DNA of 64,000 nucleotides, taken from the NCBI GenBank assembly GCA_964016885.1, contig OZ024762.1, forward strand, positions 5,394,001-5,458,000, read 5' to 3'. Shown piece by piece: positions 13,410 through 27,646 of this stretch. The stretch comes from Eledone cirrhosa (taxonomy: Eukaryota). The notes under the pieces are model-generated. The model was given only the letters and a program-made list of their open reading frames with translations. It was not told where the DNA came from and did not search any database. Numbering within the stretch: position 1 is the first letter of the stretch; every line of letters starts with the position of its first letter. The position numbers and the translations under genes are program-made.

Positions 13410-14100
13410 ATGTCCCGCTCGCATCTTGGACACGTCCTTGGACAAGGTCTACCGAACAGACTGGTGAGCTCGTCTTCTTCGACGCCCAGAGTCTCTCCAA
13501 GCGCATCGTCTCACTTGTATCGTACTATCCTTCTATAGAATGTCGAAGTGGTGTCACCACTGATTGCTGTCCCCACTTGACAGAGGACTGAGCCCCTGAG
13601 CGTATTCAATGTGCCAGGCGCCCATTTTCTTCGGTCTCTATGACTGCAGCTACATCAGCGAGACAAGTCGCGGAAAGGCTTGTCTCACAAAAGGGGCCCA
13701 CACCGGTTGGTCGGTGAGGAATACCTGGAGATGCCATAGACTCAAAGCGTGTTTGCGCATCATCAGCCATGGCATTCCCAGCCCTCCGTTGGAAGGCTGC
13801 TGGCAGCAGACGGATCTCCTCACCACTGGAGCCTGCTTCTTCCAAAGGAATTGGAAGAGCATGCGTTCCATCTTGGTGAGGTATTCACGGGGACACGGCA
13901 CGACGGTCAAGCAGTAGTAGACAGCGGACGCTATGAAAGTGTTCGCCACCTCCGCTCAACCTTTCAAGGATAGTTTGCACTCTGCCCACTTCTGGGTGAG
14001 CGCATATACCTTGGCCGTGACCTCGTTCCAGTTTTTCTCCACCTGGAGGTCCGAACCGAACCAGAAACCGAGCAATTTCACCGGTCCATCCGTCTAGCGT
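13410..14100 (-). mobile_element. Tx1/L1-clade LINE fragment
   Basis: MERMLFQFLWKKQAPVVRRSVCCQQPSNGGLGMP; nucleotide similarity to 7870-8000 (same strand) and 11025-11250 (opposite strand). Confidence 0.85.
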
Positions 14101-14119
14101 CCGCCGACGCTGTCGGACA

Positions 14120-14670
14120 GCCTCCGAAGACTTCACCACCAACTGAAACTGCAAAAAGCGGGTAGTGCCTCGTTAAAAACATTATTTACCGGTGCGATGT
14201 CACAGCTGGCCGAAAAGAATTCTCCTATATAGGGGTGACCTCGACTACGTTTAAGGAGCGTTGGTATAACCACAAAATCTCCTTCAAACACAGGCCCAAA
14301 GGATCCCAAACAAGATTGGCGGACTTGATCTGGGACCTCAAAGACAAGAACATGGAATACCAGATCAAATGGTCAGTTAAAAGACGCGTGGCCCAACTCC
14401 CCAACGACAGAAACCACTGCAGGTTATGCCTGGCCGAGGCAGCTGAGATCATTAAATTGAAATCGGCCATAAACTCAAGATCTGACATAATAATAAACTG
14501 CAGACACACCAGGATGACCACCTTCTCTGCATAAACATTCAGAGAAAAACCAGACCCTCCATCTCAACTCTACTTTTGAAAAGCACAAGAACTGCGAAAT
14601 CGGTAAAGGAACCAAATAAATATATATTAAAAAAAAAAAGACTCCAGTTGCATTTTCGATTTCATCTTTT
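14120..14670 (+). mobile_element. Penelope-like element GIY-YIG endonuclease 3' fragment
   Basis: NxNC.., YIGVTSTTFKERWYNHKISF, IKWS, CRLCLAE, NSRSDIIINCRH: typical Penelope endonuclease C-terminus. Confidence 0.8.
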
Positions 14671-14672
14671 TT

Positions 14673-14797
<125 letters not shown>

Positions 14798-16401
14798 AAT
14801 AGTCACTTCGTCGTCATCTCTTACTTTCTTCTCCCTCTCTCTATCTCTCACTATACTCACTCTCCTACTCACACACACGCTCTCTCTCTTTTTTCTATTA
14901 CACAATGCCTGTCTGTCTCTAATTCGCACTTCATCTCTACCTCTCCACTCTACCATCACCACCACAACAACAACAACAACCATCAACACAACCACACCAC
15001 CACTACCACACCACCACTATCACCACACCAACACCACGCCACCACCACCACTACCATAGCCACACCACCACCACCATCACCATCACCACTACCACACCGA
15101 CACCACGCCACCACCACTATCACCACACCAATACCACCACCACTACCATAGCCACACCACCACCACCATCACCACTACCACACCGACACCGACACCACGC
15201 CACCACCACCACTACCTCAGCCACACCACCACTATCACCACACCAACACCACGCTACCACCACCACTACAAATGTCTCAAATTTCTCACAACTTCCACTC
15301 ATCTCTTCCTCTTCCCCCCCCCCCATGTCTTACTTCCTCTTATGTCATCAGATGATGTCGTCTGTCACTTCAATTCACATTGATGCGCATGCGTCCCACA
15401 ATTCAATTCCTTTAAAGATCGAAGCCTCCAGTTAGACAAATTAATGTCACACAGTGGAAACTTTTCTTTCTCTTTCGCCTTCTTTCATCCTTCCCCTTTC
15501 TTTCTGTTATTCTTCTTTCACTTATCCTTATTGTCTTTCATTTTTAAAATATTTTTTCTTTTCGTTCTTTCTTCATTTCTTCTATCTTTTGTCTTCTTTG
15601 TCTCTCTCTTTCTTTTTCTACTACTACTACTACTACTACTACTTTTCATTCCCTTTTTTTGCCTTTATCTTTTTCTTCCTCTTCTACTACTTCTTTTCAT
15701 TCCCTTTTCTTGTCTCTATCTTTTTCTTCTTCTTCCTCTTCTACTACTACTACTACTTTTCATTCCCTTTTCTTGTCTATCTTTTTCTTCTTCTTCCTCT
15801 TCTACTACTACTACTTTTCATTCCCTTTTTTTGTCTATCTTTTTCTTCTTCTTCCTCTTCTACTACTACTACTTTTCATTCCCTTTTCTTGTCTATCTTT
15901 TTCTTCTACTACTACTACTACTACTACTACTTTTCATTCCTTTTCTTCTATTATTACTACTACTACTTTTCTTTTTCTTATTTACTTTCTTCATATTTTC
16001 TTCTTCCCCTTTGTCTCCTTCCATTTCTTTTATTCCATCCACTTCGTTTATTATTCTTTCCTTTTCCCTCTTCCACGTCTTCTTTTTCCTCTTCTTCTTT
16101 TTCATCTTCTTTCGTTTTCTTTCATTCTCGTAGCTGACGTATATTTTCCGTTCGTTTTTATTGTTTTTTTTTTTTTGTTTTTTCTTCCATTTTTATCTCC
16201 TTCGCTAAATCTTTCTAACAATTCTTTTCTTTATCTTATACTTATCTTCTATTATCCTTTCCTCTCTCTCTTTCTCACACACACACTCTCTCTTTTTCTC
16301 ATACCTCTCTCTCTTCTCTCTCTCTTTCATCCCTCTCTCTTTCTCTTTTCCTCTCTCTCACTCAACCGCTCTTATTCCCTTTTATATTCATTATTTTTTC
16401 T

Positions 16402-16583
16402 TTGGCAGTATCGGTAGAGGGTCAGACGCTATGCTTTGCAGCATAGAGTTACGGCCCTTTACGATCTCAGTTCAAATCCCGCCGAGGTTAACTTTGCCTT
16501 TCATCCCTATGGGGTCGATAAAATAAAGTACCAGTAATACACTGGGATAATTGCTGGCCTTGTGCCAAATGTAGAAACAATTA
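16402..16583 (+). mobile_element. SINE family A (~180 bp, Nin/Deu-like central domain)
   Basis: GCCTTTCATCC..GGGGTCGATAAAATAAAGTACC core; further copies near 1-36, 4298-4370, 29100-29210, 29590-29740, 35742-35927, 42590-42775, 42808-42995, 44755-45170, 49820-50180, 50330-50475, 52880-53025, 60580-60720. Confidence 0.85.
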
Positions 16584-18187
16584 TTTTTCCTTCTTTGAAG
16601 AACCGTCCTTGTTTTTGTTTAACTTATAAATTTTCTTCGTTATTTTTTTGTTAACATACTCTGATCTTTTCATCTTCGTTTCATTTCCTTTTACATTTTT
16701 CCTTCCCTTATTCCTTACTCCTATTTTTTCAATCATTCCTCAGCATTTATAAACCTTCGGGATATCTTCTCTCTTTCAAATTATCGATTTTTAACATGCC
16801 TTCTTTCTTTCATTTTATTTCATTATATTTTTACTTAACTTTTTTCAACCATTGCCCCTCATTTATTTCATTCAGGTTTTTTCTTCAAATTTTCTTCGTT
16901 TTTAACATACATTCATTCTTATATTTTTCTTTCCCTATTAAATTTTCTTTCTCTATTAAATATATTCTCTTCAAATTGTCTTTGTTTTCATTTCATTTAT
17001 TCCTTTCCTTTCACTTTTTTCCTTCACATATTCTTGCTCATATATTTTTTTAATCCTTCTACTCCCATGTATTTTCTATCAAATATGTTCCCCTTCCATT
17101 TTTATCTTGTTTCATTATTCTTTTCTTTACAATCGTTTCTATGACGTCTGCTTCTTGTTACAGTATTATTCAGAACCCTTTTCATACTGAACATCCTGAA
17201 ACTACTCCTGATTCTATGATACAAAAATGTTTATTTTAAAGTGTTTATATTTATCTAAAACTTTCCATCAAAATTTTATGTAAGAACTTTGCTTGGTTTC
17301 AAATATTTGAAAATTACAGGCAATGTCTTTCATTTGAAAAACTGTAACAAAAGAGAAATATTTATATTTATATATTGTTCTAGACATTAAGTTAAAAAGG
17401 AGAAAGTTTGTTATATTATTAAATCCTTCAAAATTCTTGATTAATCACAAAATTATGTGAAAATCATAGATAGTGGTTAAGAAATATGGTAACGAAAGGG
17501 TTAAATATTTATCTAAAAACCTTCCATCATGATTTTATGTAAGAACCTTTGTTAAGTTATGGCCTAAACAGCAACTTAATAACAAGAAAATTAACAACAC
17601 TACTAAATCCCTCAAAATTCTTGATTATTTTCAAAATCATTTGAAAACTACAGGGGACTGTATTTCATTAGAAAGATGGTTACGAAAGGACTAAAACTTT
17701 TCTGTCGCTTCCGTATTTCTCTACCTCCAATCAAATCATCATTTATTAAAGCTCCCCATTTAGACATTTTATTGTTGTTCTTGTCATTATTGCTGTTATC
17801 ATCATCATCATCATCATCATATCATTTTTCTTTCTTTTCTTTTGTTACTTTGTCCTTCATTCTACACCTTTCAATTCTCTCTTTCCTTCACTCAATGTCC
17901 TGAAACAGAACCAGACGACACATTCGCTGTCTATCGTCTGCCTCCACCATTTCATGTCACTCCACATTAACTTCACAACAATCACAAAATCACTCAGCAA
18001 AAACGTCAGATTAAGAATATCTGCTTTCTTCTTTGTTGTTTCTTTCTTTTGCTTTCTTGTTTATTTGTTTTTGTTCTTTTTTTTATTGTAAACTAATGCT
18101 TTATGCACCTTATCTCTCTCTCCCTTTCTCTCGCCCTTTCTCTCATCTCTTTCTTGTTCGCCACCATCCTCTATTTTCTCCTTCATT

Positions 18188-18226
<39 letters not shown>

Positions 18227-18584
18227 GTACTACTACAACCACCACCACTACTACTACTGCCACCTCCACTACTATTACCACTACTACTACCATCACCACC
18301 ACCACAACTACCACTACCGCCATCACCACCACCAGGCCATGTATAAAGCTTCTTAAAGGTGTTTCAAATTGATTCCTTGATTGTATGTTGGGGTTGTAGT
18401 TACAGGCACGGCTGATCGACAAAGAAGTTCGTTCTCCAATCATGCGGTTCTGAGTTCGAACTGTCATTAGAACTGTTGTACTAGAGATTTACAGATAAGG
18501 ATAGGGTCTTTTCAACTGTTTTTCCCCTCGGACCATACTGCAGCAATTTCAGGCCTCACAACATCATGGAGCAGCCTTTTTATC

Positions 18585-18875
18585 AGTGAAGGCTCATGGC
18601 TTAATGGTGAGGGTATTTGATTCATGATTGCAACGTCGATTCCCGGACCCGGCGGCGTGTTGCTACTTTGCTCCAGTGGCACCACTCAGCTGGCAAAAAT
18701 GAGTTGTAACTGTGATCCAAGAGGGCAGTCTCGTCACACATTGTATCATGCTGAATCTCCCTGAGAACTACGTTTAAAGATACATGCGCCTGTGGGGTGT
18801 TCAGTCAATTGCTCGGTAATTTCACAAGCAGACTCTTCAGTTAATCGAATCAAGTGCAAAATTCATCGTCGTAAT
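18585..18875 (+). mobile_element. Degenerate tRNA-derived SINE
   Basis: A-box-like TGGCTTAATGGT and B-box-like GTCGATTCC; related fragment at 36080-36180. Confidence 0.55.
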
Positions 18876-18890
18876 AGAGTAGATGGATCA

Positions 18891-19296
18891 CCTCAGAAGA
18901 TGAGAGCAAACTTTAGAGTAGAAACCTCAGAAGATGAGGGCAAACTTTAGAGTAGAAACCTCAGAAGATGAGAGCAAACTTTAGAGTAGAAACCTCAGAA
19001 GATGAGGGCAAACTTTAGAGTAGAAACCTCAGAAGATGAGGGCAAACTTTAGAGTAGAAACCTCAGAAGATGAGAGCAAACTTTAGAGTAGAAACCTCAG
19101 AAGATGAGGGCAAACTTTAGAGTAGAAACCTCAGAAGATGAGAGCAAACTTTAGAGTAGAAACCTCAGAAGATGAGGGCAAACTTTAGAGTAGAAACCTC
19201 AGAAGATGAGGGCAAACTTTAGAGTAGAAACCTCAGAAGATGAGGGCAAACTTTAGAGTAGAAACCTCACAAGATGAGGGCAAACTTTAGAGAAGA
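18891..19296. repeat. 34-bp tandem minisatellite (~12 copies)
   Basis: Unit GAAACCTCAGAAGATGAGGGCAAACTTTAGAGTA. Confidence 0.95.
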
Positions 19297-19359
19297 AATA
19301 AAACTTCATCGAGTGATGTTTCGGTTTTCGGGTCAATTTTCTGTATTATGAGTGAGGAA

Positions 19360-19585
19360 GGACTGTGCACTGAGCCAATCCCACTCTCTGAGCGACAGTA
19401 GCTATAACCCGAAAAGAAGAAAAGATCAACATCATCGCTAACTACTGAGCTGCAGGTTTTATGTCGGAGTTATCCCAGTTTTCTGAGTTGCCTTCTCCTA
19501 GACGAATGCCCTGACAAAAGCTTCACTCCCAGTGGTTTAACCGCGCGATCGGGTGTCCAGCCAGACTATTTCTATGTCCCCGTGC
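19360..19585. repeat. ~230-bp dispersed repeat, second direct copy at 21604-21826
   Basis: Shared GACTGTGCACTGAGCCAATCCCACTCTCTGA...GACTATTTCT..GTCCCCG. Confidence 0.8.
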
Positions 19586-20095
19586 TCCCACGCAGGATAT
19601 ATATATATATATACATACATACAAATATGTACATATATATACTGCTAGATCCGAACTGTCCGGATCTAGCTGTCGACACACCGGAGCTCAGCCGTCGGGG
19701 TCCTGAATCTTTTCATATTACCCATTCTACTAGCCCATGTGTGTGTGTGTGTGTGTGTGTGTGACAGCTCACACACAGGTGACAGCTTTAGCTGTCCTCC
19801 TCCAAGGTATATCTCGTTGGAGGTGTCTTGGGTAATTTAATGATAGGGACCCCAGTCCTATCATCTCATTTCTACAGCTGAGTAAACTGGAGCAATGTGA
19901 AATAAAGTGTCTTGCTCAAGGAAACAACACATCACCCGGTCTGAGAATTGAACTCACAACCTTTCGATTGCAAGCCCAATGCTCTAACCACTAAGCCATG
20001 TGCCTTCAAGTATCGAGTACCCCAAGTATCGAATACTCTGGTTGTTTTTGCCACACCCTATCATATATACATATATATTATATATATATATATAT

Positions 20096-20128
<33 letters not shown>

Positions 20129-20274
20129 ATGTATATATATATTAATTCAAAATATTAACAAAATTTGTTAATATTTTGAATTAATATTAATAACTCCGGA
20201 AAACCAACTGGTGGAGTGCTTCTAATCTATTGTAAAACTTTATTCATTGATTTATTCATTGAACCTTGTTTAAC

Positions 20275-20309
<35 letters not shown>

Positions 20310-20387
20310 AATATATATATATATGAGTTTCAGAAGATCCCGTTAAGGGTGAAAGCAGCGATTCTTTGCTTAAACTTTAATCTGTTA

Positions 20388-20442
<55 letters not shown>

Positions 20443-23272
20443 GTATGTGTGTGTATATATATATTTATTTGTGTATGTGTGTGTATATATATATATATAT
20501 TTGTGTATGTGTATGTAAATATGCGTGTGTGTGTGTTGAACTCTACATGAAGTGAATATAATTTCAAGATCCTTTACATCTAGAACCCATTATATACACA
20601 TATACACACACGTTCAAATCATATCTATACACATATACACAGAAACGTGTATATATACACACACATATATATGGTGTTTTTTTGTTCATAACTAAAATGT
20701 CAGTTTTAATATTACATAACTACTGGATCTTGTGTTACACTGATACGATACACCCCCCCCCCTCTCTCATACGTCCTCTCTCTCATACGTCCTCTCTCTC
20801 CCTCTCTCTCTCATACGTCCTCTCTACATATATATCTATATATTCACTATAGATGGATAGATTGATAGATTATATATTTGAATATATATATAAATATATA
20901 TACATGTTTGTGTGTATATGTGTGTGTAGCGAGAGAGAGAGAGAGAGGGGGGGGGGGAGAAGAGAGAGGGAGAGATATAAAAAAAAAAGCTGTATAAAGC
21001 TAAAATGTCTGGACGAAGCCATGAACCATATACTTTAGCAATACTTGAGAACTTTCAATGAATCTTGGTCACTTTAATTCCATAAAGTAGTAGTAATAAT
21101 ATCTATTATTATTACGTGTGTATATATATATAACACACACATACACACACATACATATATACACACACACACACACACACAGGCACTCATACACAAAGAG
21201 AAAAGATGAAAGAATGAATTCGTTAAATTTACATGTTTCGTTTGATAAAAAATGTCCGCTGCCTTCTTCATGGTGTCGTCTGGTAAATGACTGGTTAACT
21301 ACTTCCGGTTAGAGCATTTCAGAAAATCGGTAAATGCTTCATTTCCTCTCTCCATGTCTGTCATTTTTGTTCCTTTTTTTCTCTGTCCTTGTTTTTGTCA
21401 TCCAAACATACCTCCATACACGCAGAAACATATACACACACAAACACACACGCACAGATGTGTGTGTGTGTGTGTGTGTGTGTGTATGATGATTGCCCTC
21501 TCGTTATCGAGTATGCCCATTGCACTATATTACATTATTAATAATTATTAATTAATTCTATCGTGCAATGCCTGTGCGCGAAGATTTTTTTCAAGTCAAG
21601 AAAGACTGTGCACTGAGCCAATCCCACTCTCTGACAGTAGCTATAACCCGAAAAGAAGAAAAGATCAACATCATCGGTATGAGCCGCAGGTTTTATGTCA
21701 GAGTTATCCCAGTTTCCCGAGTTGCCTTCTCCTAGAAGAATGCCCTGACAAAGGCCAGGGGTCCTTCACTCCCAGTGGTTTAACCACGCGATCGTGTATC
21801 CAGCCCGACTATTTCTTTGTCCCCGCGCATATACATATATACATGTGTATATACATATTTACACATTTTGGGATGGCCGTTGACTCGTATGAGTTCTTCC
21901 GCCCTTTGTTAGGTTTTGCTTTTTGTCCTGCAGGGTGTCCAAAATCACCCTCCTCACCAAGTAAACTTGGCGGGGTAGCCAGTTTAGTCGCCGACGACCG
22001 GACCCTGCGACAGGTTGTACTGGGTCACATGTTACATATAATTCCTAAAATTTAGTTATTAGTTACTCTAATGCACTACTAGAACGCAACAGCCCTTTCT
22101 GGCCATAATTGGGACCTCCAAATCTAAGTTGGAGCATACTTTTCAAAGCAAAACCTTACTCGGGAGGACACCGTCCGTGCATTTTATACTCGGTGGGAAA
22201 CGATTCAGATGCTGTTTGCAAAGGACCAACTCTTAAACAAAAAGGATGAACATGTTACATAGTGTAAACACAGAATACGTAGGACATATCTTACCTTCAA
22301 ACCCCTTCACGACCCGGGTGGGTAGACCTCGGCTGTATCTCTTTCCTATTTACAAACTAAGATAGAGCAAACCAAGCATACTTAGGTAGAAGTAAAAAGT
22401 TTTTTTTTCTTCATTAGTTACACACTCTAATTACACTTAAGTGGATCATTACATATCTACACTATTATAATTAGTTTCCATTCTTCCTTAGGTTAACCCT
22501 AATATTTTCACTCCTGTTAAATATACATAGTACCGGCCGAACACATAGCCATGGTTTTTTTTTTGGGGGGGGGGGTATCATTATGAAAGATAATATTGAT
22601 AAATTACTACATTGAGGTACCGTTCAGGTGCATTAGAGTAACTAATAACTACATTTTATCAATTAGGAATTTAATTAGTATTAAATTATATTTTGTTTGC
22701 TCCTTAGCCAATGTTAGACCTGGCATACTCATATTAACTCTACAATATGCCTTGTTTCTCATACATTCTTCCCCCCTTTAGAGATAGCTGTAAAGAATTC
22801 TCTCTTAATGCATGATTGACCTGGCACCCACAGGTTAGAATGTCACCTTACTCCTTCCCCTTTGTTCTACAGGCAAGTTCAGCCCCCCACCCAGCTATGA
22901 AGGAATCTAACTATGTATATAACATCCCAAAATCATTGATCACACCCCGTGACAGAAAAGGAAAACAACAATTCTTAGGATTGTTTATGATACTACTGCT
23001 GTTTTGATTGCATGCCCATATATGGACTGTACCCCTTGATAAGTCCAGCTAGGTCCCTACCGTCCTAATACTACTGTACTACTGGTTCAGTTCAGATCTA
23101 GCTGTCGGGGTCCTGACTCTCTCTCTCTCTATATATATAACGAAGGAAATGTCGTATGGAGCCAGATGGACCATAACGCAACTAAGTACTCAATACTTAG
23201 GGTAGTAGAGTGGGTAATAGGAAAAGGTCTGACAAGGCTTGAGCTCTGCCGTCGGGGTCAAACCTTTTCATA

Positions 23273-23303
<31 letters not shown>

Positions 23304-23719
23304 CTGCTGCCGTTGTTGCTGGTGGTATTTTTTTTTTTTTACTATTTTTGGTAATGTCGCTGTTGCTGCTGTTGTCATTTTTGTTTATATTAGTGTTCTC
23401 ACTGTTGTTGGTGCTGGTGTTGGCGATATTGCCTGATGTGTTGTTACATTTTAAAATTGTTGCGGGAGGGGCAGCATTATTAGTCTCAACTCTTGACTCG
23501 CTGTCGCAAGACAGCAAACTCAAAGTTGGCGGGGGTGCTCCGCCATGTTTTTTCTTTCGATAAAAACTTTCTTTTAAACACACAAAGGTTAAATATTTGG
23601 GTCAAAAGGCACAAATATTAAGGGGAGTCCTTTCTTGGGAGCTAAGACTAAAGTCTTATTCCCCGTTTGAAACAAAAATATTAATAACAAACGTATTTTA
23701 AACCGTAGAAAAACAAACT

Positions 23720-25480
23720 TACTCGAGCTCACGATAGTACTCCATCCTGATGTCATCACTAAATGGCTTTACTGTCCACGAAAGGCCTTCCAGCTCGTCA
23801 TTGTCTTTGCAATATAGCTTTAAACCATCCATATAAAATAGGTGGCTTACTTTCTTGTTGTCGATGTTGTAACCATATCTTGTTCTTTTAAGTTTGGATG
23901 TAAGGGGTATTAAAGCTATACAAAACAGTAAGGGGAGGGAGTCACCTAATGCCACAGTTGGTGTTTATATTCTTAGAACTTAGTACTCCATTGGAATGAA
24001 ATAATTGGAGATTTGTGTTCCACAATGACATATTGTATTTCAGAAAGTTTGAAATCACAGGTGAGATTCTGAAGATATCCAGTGATTTCGGAATCATGAG
24101 TGTGGTATGCTGTCAAAAGCTTATTTGCAATCGATCCATGCAGAACTGAGATTTCTGTGTTTATTATGTCAGTTCTCAAGGATCATACGATTAATCAACA
24201 GTTGATCTTTACAACCATATGAACCTCGTCGGTACTCTTTTTGTTCAATGGGGTAAAGATTGTTCTCCTCCAAAAACACGTATGCTTTCTCTATGAGTAT
24301 AGAGGTTAATAGCTTATAAGTGGTGGATAAGCGGGTTATGGGCCGATAGTTTTTTGGATCCTTAGTTTCATTGTTCTTTGGGAGAAGGTAAGTAATGCCA
24401 CTTGCTATCCAGTTTGGTATATGTTTTGGACCTTTCATTATTCCGTTGAACAGCTTGACTAATATATTGTGAGTGCACGGGAGTGAGGAAAGTCAGTTTC
24501 AGAGTTTTCTTTGTTGATATTAGTACTTCTCTAGAAGAAAGTCCACATTTTTTCTTCAGCTTTCTTCCCTTCCTGGATGTTACATCATTTCCAGTGATTA
24601 GCTCATTCAGTAAAGATATTTCCCCTCTCATTAGGTAAATCTCCTTTTCAATTCTACTCCTCCAAATTTGTTTACTTCTCAAGTTAGACTTTCTTTGTTT
24701 TTTTGGTGGTAAACAATTTGTTTCAATTACTCTAGCAGATGCATAAATCATTTCATTTAACTCAGTAAGATCAGGTTCTAATTCTTCTATGATTTTTTTT
24801 TTTTGTTATAGCGTTACCAATCATTATTTGTTTTTTTATTTTGGATTGTATTTGGGAGTTTGAAGTGGTTCTCTATCATTTATACTAGAATGTCTTACAA
24901 CTGTAAGCTCATTCAATATTTTCTGTTTCAATTCCGTCATAAACTGTGTTCTTCAGCAAAAGTTTGGTCTTCAAGTACTGTTTCTATACCTCATTCCTGG
25001 CTATTTTCAGTAGGTACAAATAGGACTACTCACTTCTACAAACCTATTTGAGATTTGGTCAGATGGTGGTCTTTCGGTAAAGACTTGTGACTAGTTACTA
25101 TCTCCAGGAGATTCTTCAGTTCTTTCATGACTTATGTCATTCTCCACAGCATGCTTCAGTTCAGTTATTTCAGTGTCCGTGAGTCTATTATTTATGAAGA
25201 TATTCCTCCTAATATTTGCTAACTTATTTTCATCCAGATAACGTCTGCTATCGTGATTCCGTGTTTTCCAGACTTTGTAAGAGTTTGCAGTGTGTCTGTC
25301 TTGTGATGTCTTACTTAATGCATAGTAATATACGTATGTTACTTCTTTATACTCTTCTCGGGTCCATTTCATCCTTTTACATTTTTCTTTTTGTGCCAGA
25401 GGAGGACTTTTCGATCTCAGGCTGGCACCTTCCTGAGGGACGCGCTTCCTGATTAACCATAGGACAAGCGATTTGGTGTT
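23720..25480 (-). mobile_element. R4/Dong-like non-LTR retrotransposon, fragmented
   Basis: MKWTREEYKE N-terminus; ITYLLPK..DPKNYRPITRLSTTYKLLTSIL; YGCKDQLLIN; GDSLPLLFCIALIPL; HLFYMDGLKLY. Confidence 0.75.
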
Positions 25481-26212
25481 CTTCCCACAATACTACATAC
25501 TTCCGTTACGCATGGGATCGGAAGTCCATGGAATGTTGCCCGGCTCTATGGGTAGTGCATTGGTTGGCCAGCAGTGAAATCATTATTACCATTATAACAA
25601 CGGTATAGTTATGGCTATTGCAGTTGTTGATTGGGGTGATGTTGTGATGGTGACAGCTGTAAGGGGTGTAAGAGAATGTTCTCAACCGTTCCTGTTGTAT
25701 GAGTAGTGTTGGTGGTGGTAGTGGGGGGATTGATGCTGGAGGTTAGGAGTGGTAGTATGGAGAGTGGCATTGTAGCTTATTGGAGATGGTGGTAGCGGGG
25801 GGGGGGGGGGATTGATGCTGGAGGTTGGGGTGTTAGGAGTTATTGTTTTTATCTGCTCCTATTCTTTATAGGCTTTTTCTGCCTCTGTTATCTTATATAA
25901 ATGTTGATACTTACACTTATTTAGCCTCCCATGTTATGGTATCCTTCTAATGTTCTTGTGAGAAAGTTTTCATCTTATATTTGTGCTTAACTTTTGTTAT
26001 CTACTCTTATGTTTCAGGCATTGTGCTAGGATGAAACGATCGTAAGTGATTAAATGTTTGAAAGTTTGAGCACTCTTTGATGGTCATTTACATTGTATTT
26101 CGGCTCTGCAGTATACTTGTTATTTTACATCAAACTATTTTCATACTTGTAACTGGGTAATATTTATTATTACCCACATTATATATATATATTTATATAT
26201 AGCTATACTTAT

Positions 26213-27600
26213 CATCATAATCGTTTTACGTTCGCTTTTCATTGCTTGCAAGGGTGGGACGGGTCCTCTTCAGTACATCGTCATCTCCTCTGTGAGCTTC
26301 AACGATCTGGGGTCAGCTCTCACCATCTCCGCCCATATTTTTCTTGGTCTTCCTTCCACTGGGATTTCTTGGCACTTCTTCACCCAGCAGTCATCTGCCC
26401 ATGCGCATCACATGACCATACCAACACAGTCTTCTCTCCCGCACACTACAGTTTATCCCTCTTATACACAGTTTCATTCTCAACTCATCCATGCTTGGTC
26501 GTTCACGCACATTGACATTGCACATCCATCGGAGCATGCTTGCTTCATTTCTCTCCAGCCGTCGCATATCTTCAGCAGTTGCTGCCCATGTCTCACTACC
26601 ATGCAGCATCACGCACCTCACACAGACATCATATAACCGGCCTTTCGTACGCAGGGAAAACCCTTCTTTGTCAGCAGAGGAAGCATCTCCCTAAACTTCT
26701 TCCAACCCGTCCTTATTCTAGATACTATGGCCTTGGAACAGCCCCCTCCCATGCTAATTAGATCACCTAGATACCGGAAGCTATCAACCACTTCTATAGA
26801 ACCCACCTGCATTTGAAAAATGTGTCTATCAATGTGACTTCTACTGTCAAATTTCCCTGTACATCTACTGCATACGTATTTTTCCCTACCTGTTAGTTTG
26901 CCTGCTATCCGACTACATCTCTTGTGTACTCAAGATCTACATTGCGTGCATTTTATAGAATGTATGCCAGTTCCTTTTCTACATATCGAACATGGCCATT
27001 TCCCTGACGGAATCAGAGTTTTGTCCTCTTTTCTACTTATCAACACTTTTGTCTTAGCTAGGTTCACTCTCAGTCCTCTTAATTCCAACTGCTGTTTCCA
27101 TAGCCAGAATTTATTCTCTAGCTCCTCTACAAGAACCAGATCATCAGCATAGAGAAGTTCCCATGGACAGCCAGTCTTAAACTCCTTTTATGGCTTGGAG
27201 GACTATAATGAACAAGAGCGGGCTGAGGACCGAACCCTGATGTACTCCTACTTGTATCTGTATTTCCTCACTAAACTCCATTCCTACCCTCACTTTACTG
27301 ACAGCACCTCTGTACAAAGCTTGCACTGTCCTCACAAGCCACTCCCCAACACCTAGTTTCCTTAGGGACCACCAGATGACAGATCGGGGTACCCTAACAA
27401 AGGCATTCTCTAAGTCAACAAAAGCTAAGTATAGTGGCCTATTCTTCTCTAAGAACCTCTCTTGGAGTTGTCTCACTAAGAAGAGGGCATCTGTTGTACT
27501 TTTCCCAGGCACAAAACCAAACTGCATCTCATCTAGTTTGACCCTTTCTCTAATTAGTTGCACTAATATCCTTTCTGCCACTTTCATAACCTGATTCATC
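26213..27600 (-). mobile_element. RTE-type LINE 3' portion with PHD-like Cys/His insert
   Basis: QFGFVPGKSTTDA, FVDLENAF, GVHQGSVLSPLLF, LLYADD, CSICRKG..CTQC..WVHKRC, FRYLGD, HGSETW; (GAT)n tail. Confidence 0.9.
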
Positions 27601-27646
27601 TATATATACATATACATACATGCATATACACGCATTCGTATATATA

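Noticed and set aside
15444-16417. Long hydrophobic Phe/Leu-rich ORFs suggesting a membrane protein
   Set aside because: Pyrimidine-rich low-complexity and (CTA)n repeats
18891-19296. CRISPR-sized 34-bp repeat array (also the 40-bp and 54-bp arrays)
   Set aside because: Units are contiguous with no unique spacers; eukaryotic context; no cas genes
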